A stretch of DNA of 64,000 nt from contig JAZUKI010000007.1 of the NCBI GenBank assembly GCA_045643205.1, forward strand, positions 55,026-119,025. Direction: 5' to 3'. The position numbers and the translations under genes are program-made. This DNA is from Clostridia bacterium. GTDB taxonomy: Bacteria > Bacillota > Clostridia > TANB77 > CAG-508. The number at the start of each line of letters is the position of its first letter. The first letter of the stretch is position 1. Under the pieces are notes generated by a model. That model made no database searches, was not told the origin of the DNA, and worked only from the letters and a program-made list of their open reading frames with translations. Shown here one piece after another: positions 48,365 to 57,576 of this stretch.

Positions 48365-49072
48365 TTAATCTTTTTTTCTTGCTATTAGTGCTTTAATTTT
48401 TATACCTTCATCTGAAAACATTTTTTCATGTTCAGTAATGATATTTTCTTCACCATTCCAGAACATTTCTTCATTTGCTAAATCATAAGTTGTTTTTATA
48501 ATTTCATATCCCGCTTCTTCAAAATATGTTAATGAATCTCTAAACAAGAAATCATCATCTGTTTTAAAGAAGATTTCACCAATTAAGAATTCTTTGTATT
48601 GTTCTAGTTGTCGTGTATGTGTTAAACGTTTCTTATGATGCTTACCCTTTGGCCATGGATTGCAAAAATTAATATAAATTCTTTCGATTTCATCATTTTT
48701 ATTAAAGATATTTGAAACTCTATTGATATCATATCTAATTAATTTAAGATTTTTTACAACCTTTTCTTTTTCAACTTCATTTTCTATATCTTCTTTTATT
48801 GTTGATTGTCTTATGCCATATTCAGCTTCAACATTTCTTTTTGCCATACCAAGCATTACATCAACTAAATCTATTGCTATATAATTTCTTTCTAAATTAA
48901 AATGTGATAATTTTGCTATGAAAGTTCCCTTACCACATCCAAGTTCAACATGAATAGGCTGTTTCTTTTCAAAAACAGTATTCCATTTTCCTTTATAATC
49001 TTCTGGGTTATCAATATAAAATGGACTTTCCTCTAATTCAGGTCTGGCCCATGGTTTAAATTTCATTCTCAT
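48365..49072 (-). CDS. trmB: tRNA (guanine-N7)-methyltransferase
   Basis: ELGCGKG, NFCNPWPK..H.K.RL, FKTDD, TEHE..F. Confidence 0.93.
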   Translation of the reverse strand: MRMKFKPWARPELEESPFYIDNPEDYKGKWNTVFEKKQPIHVELGCGKGTFIAKLSHFNLERNYIAIDLVDVMLGMAKRNVEAEYGIRQSTIKEDIENEVEKEKVVKNLKLIRYDINRVSNIFNKNDEIERIYINFCNPWPKGKHHKKRLTHTRQLEQYKEFLIGEIFFKTDDDFLFRDSLTYFEEAGYEIIKTTYDLANEEMFWNGEENIITEHEKMFSDEGIKIKALIARKKD

Positions 49073-49247
49073 AATAATTTCCTTTTAGTGCTGGCATCTT
49101 TGTACCAATTTTTAAGTTTTGGCATCATTTGTGCCAGTATTATAATCTTTAAGTGCTAACATTATACCATATTTTAATTTTTTTATATAGAAATTGAGCC
49201 AATTCTATGATATAATCCGTTTTGTAAAGATTTTGGAGGAATTTAAG

Positions 49248-49802
49248 ATGAAATTAAACTCAGATAGTGAAACATTAGCTGAAAATAAAGTTTTGATTTT
49301 ATATGTTTTGCAATTAGTAAATCGTCCTGTTTCTAATGATACTTTATATAGTATTGTTAATACAGCTGAAAATATGAACTACTTCTATTTTCAACAATTC
49401 TTATTAGATTTAAAAGATGCTAAATATATAAATACATATAAAAATGAAGTTCAAGAAGTTATAGAAATCACAGATGAAGGCAAAAAGACTTTAGATTTAA
49501 CAATGGATTTATTGCCTGGAATAGTAAAACTAAAAGCTGATACTAACTATAAATCTAATATAGAAAAATTTAATAATGCTGAATCTATTACTGCTGAATT
49601 TACACCAAAGAGTGAAAAAGAATATGAAGTTGAATGCAAAATAATTGAAAATGGTGAAATAGTATTTGATATCAAAACTTTAGCTTATTCAAGAGAACAA
49701 GCTCAAGATATTATAGATAATTGGAAAAAGAATGCTACTAATCTTTATCCAAGCATTTTAAATGCTTTAACTAAAAATTCTGAGGATTCAGATAAAGAAT
49801 AA
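49248..49802 (+). CDS. DUF4364 family winged-helix protein
   Basis: LAENK.LILY, NYFYFQQ.L..L, IT.EG..TL, NW..N....Y..I; ATG 49248 after SD GGAGG. Confidence 0.75.
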   Translation: MKLNSDSETLAENKVLILYVLQLVNRPVSNDTLYSIVNTAENMNYFYFQQFLLDLKDAKYINTYKNEVQEVIEITDEGKKTLDLTMDLLPGIVKLKADTNYKSNIEKFNNAESITAEFTPKSEKEYEVECKIIENGEIVFDIKTLAYSREQAQDIIDNWKKNATNLYPSILNALTKNSEDSDKE

Positions 49803-49844
49803 ATTAAATAACTATTATGCAAGATTGGAATTAAATGATTGAAA

Positions 49845-50627
49845 TTAAGCAATTTGTTTTAATTCCAATCTTATTTTGTCTGACATAAGTGCAATAAATT
49901 CTGAATTAGTTGGTTTATCATCAAAAGTTGTCTTTGTAAAATCCATTATTGCTTTTGAATTTTTCTTCCATGCATTTTCAATTGCATGCCTTATTGCTCT
50001 TTCAACTCTACTTGGAGAAGTTTTATGAATTGTGGCAATATCAGGATATAATTCCTTTGTTATTGTATTCACTGCTTCTTTATTTTTTGTAGCAAGTATT
50101 ATTGCTTCTTTTAAATATGAAAATCCTACTAAATTATGTTGAATTCCAACCATGTGAATTGCATTTGTAACTATTACTTCTAAATTATATTCAACATCTA
50201 TATTCATATTTTTAATATAGAAATATGATAAATCCGGTTCATTTAATTGTGATTTCTCACGATTTTTAAAAACATCTTTTATTCTTTGAACTATAATTGA
50301 AATTTCACATGGTTTTAATAAATAATAACTTGCACCATTACTTAATGCATCTTGTATGATTTCATCATTATTTAATGGAGATAGTACAATAAATTTTGTG
50401 TTTATTTCTAATACTTTTGCTTTTTCCATTATTCCTATTCCATCAACATTTTTCACAGTTAAATTGGTTATTACAAGATCAATATTTTCTTTTGACAATA
50501 TTTCTATTGCTTCTAAACCATTATCTGTAGTAAGAATATCATTGCAGATTTTTTCTTTCGTTAGTTGTGTCTTTAAATTACTTGTATCGTTTTTATTGTC
50601 AACAAGTAATATCTTATTTAAGTCCAC
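49845..50627 (-). CDS. Spo0A-family regulator with degenerate receiver domain
   Basis: Spo0A C-terminal motifs ITKELYPDIA, SRVERAIRHAIE.AW and KPTNSEFIA. The receiver has Asn at the phospho-Asp position. GTG 50627 follows SD AGGAGG. Confidence 0.9.
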   Translation of the reverse strand: MDLNKILLVDNKNDTSNLKTQLTKEKICNDILTTDNGLEAIEILSKENIDLVITNLTVKNVDGIGIMEKAKVLEINTKFIVLSPLNNDEIIQDALSNGASYYLLKPCEISIIVQRIKDVFKNREKSQLNEPDLSYFYIKNMNIDVEYNLEVIVTNAIHMVGIQHNLVGFSYLKEAIILATKNKEAVNTITKELYPDIATIHKTSPSRVERAIRHAIENAWKKNSKAIMDFTKTTFDDKPTNSEFIALMSDKIRLELKQIA

Positions 50628-50663
50628 CGCACGCCTCCTGTTTTTGTTAAATTTTACCAGTTG

Positions 50664-50748
50664 ATTATAGAACATATTTTTCTATTTTTCAATACATTTT
50701 TGGTAATTTTTGCCATAATTATTTGACAAAAAAATCAGGGGTTCGACA
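50664..50748 (-). promoter_or_regulatory. Sigma-A promoter and candidate 0A boxes upstream of the spo0A-like gene
   Basis: TTGAAA-17-TATAAT; TGTCGAA (50748-50742, perfect 0A box) and TGTCAAA (50728-50722). Confidence 0.55.
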
Positions 50749-50783
50749 ATTTCTACTCCCCCGATTATATTTACTTTTATTGT

Positions 50784-51419
50784 TTATATTCTTATAAATT
50801 TATATTTACCTTCGCTTTGCACTTCAAAAGTTGTAAAGTTGATTGATTTATTTCTTAAACTATTTAGGCTTTCATCGTTTGCTTCAATTGTTTCAACTAT
50901 CTTCTCACCAAAATCATTTTCTACTATATTAATTCCTATTGAATCACATTGGTACTTAAAATTCTTTTGATCAGAATAATCAATAACAATTTTAATTTCT
51001 TTTCCTATTTCTTTCTTTATAATTGTGCAATTTTCTAAGCATTTCATTGTTGCATCTGAATATGCTCTAACAAGTCCTCCAGTGCCTAACAATATTCCAC
51101 CAAAATATCTTGTTACTGTGACTAAAATATTGGAAAGATTTGATTTTTTTAAGATATCTAACATAGGAGCTCCTGCTGTTCCACTTGGTTCTCCATTATC
51201 ACTAGATTTTTCTATTTGAAAGCTGTTTCCCTCATCTGTTATTTCATCTATTACATATGCATAGCAAATATGCTTAGCATCATGATATTTTGATTTCATT
51301 TCATCAATGCATTTTTTTGCTTCTTCTTCATTTTCAACATAAAATATATTAGCAATGAATTGTGACTTTTTTACTTCAATCTTTGCTTCTTTATTTTCTT
51401 CGATTGTATTAATCATCAA
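50784..51419 (-). CDS. YigZ/IMPACT family protein
   Basis: KKS.FI, A.H.CYAY, DNGEPSGTAG.PM, VTRYFGGILLGTGGLVRAY. Confidence 0.95.
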   Translation of the reverse strand: MMINTIEENKEAKIEVKKSQFIANIFYVENEEEAKKCIDEMKSKYHDAKHICYAYVIDEITDEGNSFQIEKSSDNGEPSGTAGAPMLDILKKSNLSNILVTVTRYFGGILLGTGGLVRAYSDATMKCLENCTIIKKEIGKEIKIVIDYSDQKNFKYQCDSIGINIVENDFGEKIVETIEANDESLNSLRNKSINFTTFEVQSEGKYKFIRI

Positions 51420-52743
51420 ATACTCCTATTAAATCGTAATTATCAGTAATATCTGTAACCTTGCAATCTACAAATGTATTAATTTCATGATTTTCTGATT
51501 GTTCTTTAGTTGCTTTAATATAGAAATATCCATCAACATCTGGAACATCCATATAACTTCTTCCAACAAAATATAATTGATCATCTTCAACAATTGCATT
51601 TTCAATTAATACTTTAAATTTCTTTCCGATAAATTTCTTTAAGTTTTCGCTTGAAATTTCTTGTTGTAATGCCATTATTTTATTGTATCTACTATTTTTT
51701 GTTCTTGGATGAACTTGATTATCTAAATTAGCAGCAGCTGTTCCTTCTTCTTTTGAATATGTAAAACATCCTAATTTATCAAATTTAGCCCATTCTACAA
51801 ATTCATATAATTCATCAAAATCTGCTTGTGTTTCTCCTGGGAATCCTACCATTAATGTACTTCTAATTATTACTTCTGGAATTTCTTCTCTAAGTTTAGA
51901 AATAATTTCTCTTGTTGATTTACTTGTTGTTTTTCTATTCATTCTTTTTAAAACAGGATCAGCTACATGTTGCATTGGAATATCAAAGTATTTACATACT
52001 TTTTTATTATTTTTTACTTCTTGAACCAAATCATCTGTAATAGTTTCTGGATAAGAATATAAAAATCTAATCCATTCTACTCCTTTAATTTCACTGATTT
52101 TATGAATTAAATCAGCAAGCATTGGCTTACCATATATATCAACTCCATATTTTGTTGTATCTTGTGCAATTATTATAAATTCTCTGATTCCATTGTTAGC
52201 TAATTTTTTAACTTCTTCTAATATATCTTCTTCTTTTCTACTAACAAATCTTCCTCTAATGTATGGAATTGCACAAAATGTACAAAAGTTATTACATCCT
52301 TCTGCTACTCTAATATATGCATAATTGTCGCCAGTTGTAATTACTCTATCTAAAAATTCCAATGAATCTCTTTCTTTATTTTTGTTTTCATTTTTTCCAA
52401 TAACACTTTCAACTTGTGTCCAGAAAGTTTCATATTCAGAAAATTTGATATAACCATCTACTTCTGGAATTGCTTTCATTAATTCATCTTTATATCTTTC
52501 AACTAAGCATCCAGTTACTAAAAGATATTTGCAGTTTTGCTTTTTATATTCTGCCATCTCTAAGATTGTATTGATTCCTTCTTCTTTTGCAGGAACAATA
52601 AAACCACAGGTATTAACAATTATAATATCTGCTAAACTAGGATCATTAACAATTTCATAACCCTTATTTCTAAATAATCCAATCATCATTTCTGTATCGA
52701 CTAGATTTTTACTACATCCTAAAGATACAAATCCTACTTTCAT
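51409..52743 (-). CDS. rimO: Ribosomal protein S12 methylthiotransferase
   Basis: SLGCSKNLVD.E, NTCGFI, EGCNNFCTFCAIP (radical SAM), TRAM domain with GRS..D.PDVDG. Confidence 0.95.
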   Translation of the reverse strand: MKVGFVSLGCSKNLVDTEMMIGLFRNKGYEIVNDPSLADIIIVNTCGFIVPAKEEGINTILEMAEYKKQNCKYLLVTGCLVERYKDELMKAIPEVDGYIKFSEYETFWTQVESVIGKNENKNKERDSLEFLDRVITTGDNYAYIRVAEGCNNFCTFCAIPYIRGRFVSRKEEDILEEVKKLANNGIREFIIIAQDTTKYGVDIYGKPMLADLIHKISEIKGVEWIRFLYSYPETITDDLVQEVKNNKKVCKYFDIPMQHVADPVLKRMNRKTTSKSTREIISKLREEIPEVIIRSTLMVGFPGETQADFDELYEFVEWAKFDKLGCFTYSKEEGTAAANLDNQVHPRTKNSRYNKIMALQQEISSENLKKFIGKKFKVLIENAIVEDDQLYFVGRSYMDVPDVDGYFYIKATKEQSENHEINTFVDCKVTDITDNYDLIGVFDD

Positions 52744-52794
52744 AACTTTCCTTTACTTTCCGTGTGTTTATCTTTTATTTTTATGTTCTAAATT

Positions 52795-53970
52795 TTACTT
52801 TCCGTATATTGGTTTACGTGTAAGTTCAAGTAATCCTAATTTTGTAAATTCCATAACTTGAACTTTAGTTCTATCTTTTTTTACCGCTTCTTGCATAATC
52901 TTTTTAATATTTATTCTATCTTCTGAAGCAACCATATCAATAAAATCAATTACAATTATTCCGCCTAAATCCTTAAGTCTCATTTGTCTAGCAATTTCTT
53001 CTGCTGCTTCTTTATTTACTTTAAATAGATTTTCTTCTAAGTTTAATTTTCCTTCAAATTTTCCAGAGTTAACATCAATAGTAACCATTGCTTCTGTACT
53101 ATCAATTGTTATATATCCTCCGCACTTAAGCCATATTTTTCTTTTTGTTTTATCAGAAAATTCAGAAGCATTATTGTTAAAAACATCTGCCTCAAGCTTA
53201 ATGTTTCTTTCTGGATATTTTTCTGTAAGAATGTTTTGCATAAACTTAGAATTAGTAATAATTTCAAGATCGCTCTCTGAAAAATCGCACAATAGTTTTC
53301 CTATTATTCCTTCGCCATCATATAAAAGCTTTGGACTAATAGACTTATTAGAAGTTTTCTTTATTTCATTCCATTTTTCTATTGTCTTCTTAATATCTTC
53401 TTCAAGTATTTCTTGCTTTATATCTTTTGATGCTGTTCTTATTATAGCTGCACATTCTACACCATTTTCTCTTAAAACTTTATTTGTAATTTCAATTAAT
53501 CTTTTTCTTTCATTTTCATCTTCGATTTTTTTAGAAACAGTTGTAAACTTTGAATATGGCATCAAAATTATATAACTTCCAATAAGCTTGATATCGTGTG
53601 TAACCTTTGGGCCTTTGTTTGAATTGCTATTATCTCTTTTGATTTGAACTATTATATCTTGATTTGGTTTTACATAGTCTTTAATATCATATTTTCTAAC
53701 ATCTAATTCTTCATTACCAGTTATATCGCTAACCTTTGGAATTAAATCTTTAATATGTATAATAGCTTTCTTACTTTGTCCGATATCTATAAAAGCTGAT
53801 TGAATTCCTTCAGCTATATCTTTAACTTGTCCTAAATATATGTTGCCTTCTAGTCTTTTATCTTCAGCATTTTCTTCATATATTTCGACAAGTTTATTAT
53901 CTTCATACACAAAAACATTTATTAAATTCGTATTATTATCATTTTGATAAACAACAATTTTACGATGCAT
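52795..53970 (-). CDS. Ribonuclease E/G family protein (short form)
   Basis: GNIYLG.V, AFIDIG, IIRTA, IDVNSGK, EIARQMRL.DLGGIIVIDFIDM, GLLELTRK. Confidence 0.92.
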   Translation of the reverse strand: MHRKIVVYQNDNNTNLINVFVYEDNKLVEIYEENAEDKRLEGNIYLGQVKDIAEGIQSAFIDIGQSKKAIIHIKDLIPKVSDITGNEELDVRKYDIKDYVKPNQDIIVQIKRDNSNSNKGPKVTHDIKLIGSYIILMPYSKFTTVSKKIEDENERKRLIEITNKVLRENGVECAAIIRTASKDIKQEILEEDIKKTIEKWNEIKKTSNKSISPKLLYDGEGIIGKLLCDFSESDLEIITNSKFMQNILTEKYPERNIKLEADVFNNNASEFSDKTKRKIWLKCGGYITIDSTEAMVTIDVNSGKFEGKLNLEENLFKVNKEAAEEIARQMRLKDLGGIIVIDFIDMVASEDRINIKKIMQEAVKKDRTKVQVMEFTKLGLLELTRKPIYGK

Positions 53971-53978
53971 TTTATCTC

Positions 53979-54536
53979 CTAATTAAACATATTCATTGCT
54001 TTATCAATACCATCTTTTATAATTGCTGGTACCGCTTCGGCTGCTTTTTCTATGGCTGGTTTTAATTCTTCATATTGATCGTCACTCATTGGTTCGATAA
54101 CATAAGGAATTAATAATTCTTTAAATTCTGGTTGACCAGTTCCTACTCTAACACGTGGAAATTCAGTTGTACCTAATTCAGCAACGACTGACTTCATTCC
54201 GTTGTGAGAACCTGCTCCACCCTTCTTTCTAAGTTTTACATCAGCAACTGGAAGATCAATGTCATCATAAATAACGATAACATTTTCATTTGGAATTTTA
54301 TAATAATTCTTAACTTGAATTATTGATGTTCCACTTTCATTCATATATGTTTGTGGTTTTAGAAGAATAGCATCTTCTCCCTCGATTTTTCCCTTGCCAA
54401 ATAAACCATCAAAATCTTTTTTTTCTACTTTGATGTCATATTTCTTAGCTATTAAATTAATAGTATCCATCCCCATGTTGTGTCTTGTTTGGCTGTATTC
54501 TGGCTCTGGATTACCAAGTCCAACTATTAAATACAT
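53979..54536 (-). CDS. pth: Peptidyl-tRNA hydrolase
   Basis: GLGNP..Y..TRHN.G, KPQTYMNESG, GSHNGMKS. Confidence 0.98.
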   Translation of the reverse strand: MYLIVGLGNPEPEYSQTRHNMGMDTINLIAKKYDIKVEKKDFDGLFGKGKIEGEDAILLKPQTYMNESGTSIIQVKNYYKIPNENVIVIYDDIDLPVADVKLRKKGGAGSHNGMKSVVAELGTTEFPRVRVGTGQPEFKELLIPYVIEPMSDDQYEELKPAIEKAAEAVPAIIKDGIDKAMNMFN

Positions 54537-54702
54537 AATAACCTTCCTTCAAAACGCTTCTTTTCTGCTAATTTACATATATACCTTTATTTTTTTCTAC
54601 TAATTTTGCATACCTAACTTTGTATTTTTCTTGATAATATGCGTTTTTCTTGCTTTTTGTTAACATGTCTATTTTACTATATTTATGCCAAATATTCAAG
54701 TT

Positions 54703-57291
54703 TTAGTGGCTTTTGTTTTGCTTAATTTTACCAATTTTGCTAATTGTAACTTTTCCTGCAAGTGATATTAAAAATACGATTATTCCACTTATATAAAGAA
54801 TTTTTTCTTCTCCTGTTTTAGGATAAATTACTACTTCATTTTTATCCTTGTTATCATCTGTTGTAACTTCTACAATTTCATCTGAAATAATTTCTGCCTC
54901 AGTTATTACATGCTCACATATATTTCCATACTTATTTTTTCTTAAAACTAAATCATATTCAACACTACTATTAGATTCTAGATTGCCTGTTTTTCTAGTT
55001 ACTTTTCCATCTTTGATATCCCATTCAGGATTATCTTCAGCCAATGCTTCATATTGTCCAGGAACCTTTATTGAAATTGTTCCACTACCTTTTCTTTCAT
55101 TATCATTTGTTATTTTAATTCTATATTTTATTCTTACTTTAGAATTAAAATCCTTGGCTTCTTTTCCAACTATCTCAGCTTTAGCTAATTTTCCTTTTAA
55201 ATGGTAGTAATGATCATTTATTGAGCCTTCAACAAAATTCATCTCTATTTTCAAATTGAATTTTAGTTTTTCATAATAATAATTTAATACAATATCTTCT
55301 TTCCCTGCAGTAACTTCATTTTTTTCTGGTTTTTCCACTATTTTATAATTTTCAAAACTTTTTTCTTCTACATTAAGAACATCACCTTCATTTAGCAATT
55401 TACTAAATCCATCTAAATTTTTATCGGTTTCTTTATCTATATAATTTACTACTGCATTAACCTGAAAAATGTAAAAATAATTAATTGTTTGTTCTTCTCT
55501 ATTAAATATATATTCATTTTTTTCTGGTGCTCTAAGTAAAATATAATTATTAAACTTTTTAGATTGAGTTGTTATCTTTTCTCCTTCAATTCCAGAAAAA
55601 TTATCTATATCTAATATTTTTTGAGATACTTGATCTATATGATTTACTTTAATATTTCCTATTTTCTTATAATAATAATTTACTGTTTGTTCTTTTTTAT
55701 TTAAAACTATTTCGCTGTTGCTCGGTTTCTCTACTAGCTTATACCCTTCTATTTCTTTTTCTTTGAACGAAACTTTCTCTTGCTCATTGCCTACCTTACT
55801 TTCAGATTCTAAACTTTTTCCTGTCGTTTTATCTATATAATTAGCGTTTGCTTTACATTTATTGTACACATAATAAAAAGTGATACTGCTGTCAGCATTT
55901 TTCATCTTTCCTGAAGTTGTTCCTTCTGCTTTAACAAAAGTATAATCTTTTATATCTAATGGCTTTTCATCAAAACTATCGCCTTCATATAATTTTGTTG
56001 TCTTATCAGTTGCTATTTTTGTTTTATCATACATATCAACATATGACACCTTTAAATTGTGATTAATAGCGTATACATATTTAACTTCTTGTAATCCTTC
56101 TTTTAAAACAACTTGTCTGCTTGCAGGTTCTTGAACCAATTTATGATTTTCAAAACTTTTTGGCGCTGTATTAATAGTTTGTTCTATTGCTCCTGAATAA
56201 ATTGTAGATTGCAACATTTTATCTGTATATTGCTCTACATGTTTTTCATTTAAACCTGCACTCTGAAGATTAAATCTAACAAATAAATTTGATGTTCCTC
56301 CTGCTCTTTCCATGTAGAACACTCTTAAAGTATGATATCCTGGTGTTAATTTAGCTGTGTTTGGAGTTTTAGTTACATTAGTTGCATCTGTATCATTGTT
56401 CCAATTTTTAATTAATGAATAATAAACACTATTTTTTGCAAAATTAATGTTTCCTTTACAGCTTGTATGTGCACCTCCTAGGTCAACATATAAATTATCA
56501 TCCACAAAAACCCAGACATCATCATCACCTTGAAAATCAAAAATCATATCATCAAAGTTTCCTGTCTTACTGTTTTTAATCTTTCCATCTGATGTCATAT
56601 AAAATGGTATTTCTATCTTTGCTGTAAAAAACATATTTCTTTTGCTTGTGTCAAATGTATTGTCTGAACAATTATTAAATGGATAAAATCCATCTCTTCC
56701 ACCTTTATGTAGTTGGAATTTTTTATTTTGATAGTCACGAGAAACATGATATTCATCACTGTTAAAAGTATAATAACCATCATCTTCTTTTAAAAATGGG
56801 AACTTCCAATTTTCCAAGCATTCATCTGCACACGGAATATTTTCATAGCTAAGTCCCTTCATATTAAATAAATCAGTCCCATTATTAAATTTATCAATTA
56901 CTTCTACTAGACCATTTTTTAATTTTGATTTTACTAATCCTTGAGTAACACCATTTGATTTAGAATAATTATTAGGTCCAAGATAATTATTTTGATATCC
57001 ACCTAAACAATATCCTTCAGTAGATCCAAATAATAATGAACTTTGATCTGCTGAAGCTTTTCCTTGGTCTCCCATTTTATAGTATTCACCTGGTGACATT
57101 TGTCTATGATAAGCATTATATCCTTCCGGATTTACGTCATAAAAACTTGCATTAAAATATTTAACTTCTGTATCAGAAATTGGCTGATCTGCTAAAGCTG
57201 CATATGTATTATTTGAGAAACATGGTGTTAATAGAGCTGTAGTTGTTACAGCTGAAACAACGCCAACTTTCAATAAATTTTTAAACTGCAT
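54703..57291 (-). CDS. Fibro-slime (PA14-like) domain surface protein with MucBP-like repeats and sortase-like anchor
   Basis: Signal peptide; FQGDDDVWVFVD...DLGGAH and FYMER; about five repeats of V.YID..T.K.L...K.F..Y.LV..P...V.YYY; YPKTG followed by a TM and basic tail. Confidence 0.85.
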   Translation of the reverse strand: MQFKNLLKVGVVSAVTTTALLTPCFSNNTYAALADQPISDTEVKYFNASFYDVNPEGYNAYHRQMSPGEYYKMGDQGKASADQSSLLFGSTEGYCLGGYQNNYLGPNNYSKSNGVTQGLVKSKLKNGLVEVIDKFNNGTDLFNMKGLSYENIPCADECLENWKFPFLKEDDGYYTFNSDEYHVSRDYQNKKFQLHKGGRDGFYPFNNCSDNTFDTSKRNMFFTAKIEIPFYMTSDGKIKNSKTGNFDDMIFDFQGDDDVWVFVDDNLYVDLGGAHTSCKGNINFAKNSVYYSLIKNWNNDTDATNVTKTPNTAKLTPGYHTLRVFYMERAGGTSNLFVRFNLQSAGLNEKHVEQYTDKMLQSTIYSGAIEQTINTAPKSFENHKLVQEPASRQVVLKEGLQEVKYVYAINHNLKVSYVDMYDKTKIATDKTTKLYEGDSFDEKPLDIKDYTFVKAEGTTSGKMKNADSSITFYYVYNKCKANANYIDKTTGKSLESESKVGNEQEKVSFKEKEIEGYKLVEKPSNSEIVLNKKEQTVNYYYKKIGNIKVNHIDQVSQKILDIDNFSGIEGEKITTQSKKFNNYILLRAPEKNEYIFNREEQTINYFYIFQVNAVVNYIDKETDKNLDGFSKLLNEGDVLNVEEKSFENYKIVEKPEKNEVTAGKEDIVLNYYYEKLKFNLKIEMNFVEGSINDHYYHLKGKLAKAEIVGKEAKDFNSKVRIKYRIKITNDNERKGSGTISIKVPGQYEALAEDNPEWDIKDGKVTRKTGNLESNSSVEYDLVLRKNKYGNICEHVITEAEIISDEIVEVTTDDNKDKNEVVIYPKTGEEKILYISGIIVFLISLAGKVTISKIGKIKQNKSH

Positions 57292-57576
57292 TGTACTCCT
57301 TCTTATGAATGTAGACTATTTTCATTCCACTTAAAAAGCATTCATATCAAAAAATATTTTGGAATGAATCGAAATAAAATTTTATATCTGGTCGTAATTA
57401 TAATTTCGTTTCTGCCTATTTCAATATGTTTTGACTACCTATTACACTCTATTTCTCAACAAAAAAAGAAGATGTTTTACATTTTTTAACATCTTCTTTC
57501 TATTTTTTATTTTTATCTTTTTTATTTTTTTATTTATGTTTCTATTTTTATTTATCTTATCTATTTATGTGTTTCT

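Noticed and set aside
49120-49136. Sigma-54-like TGGCAC-N5-ATGC on the minus strand upstream of trmB
   Set aside because: The -12 is imperfect, the site is better explained by the palindromic repeat, and there is no evidence of an enhancer-binding context.
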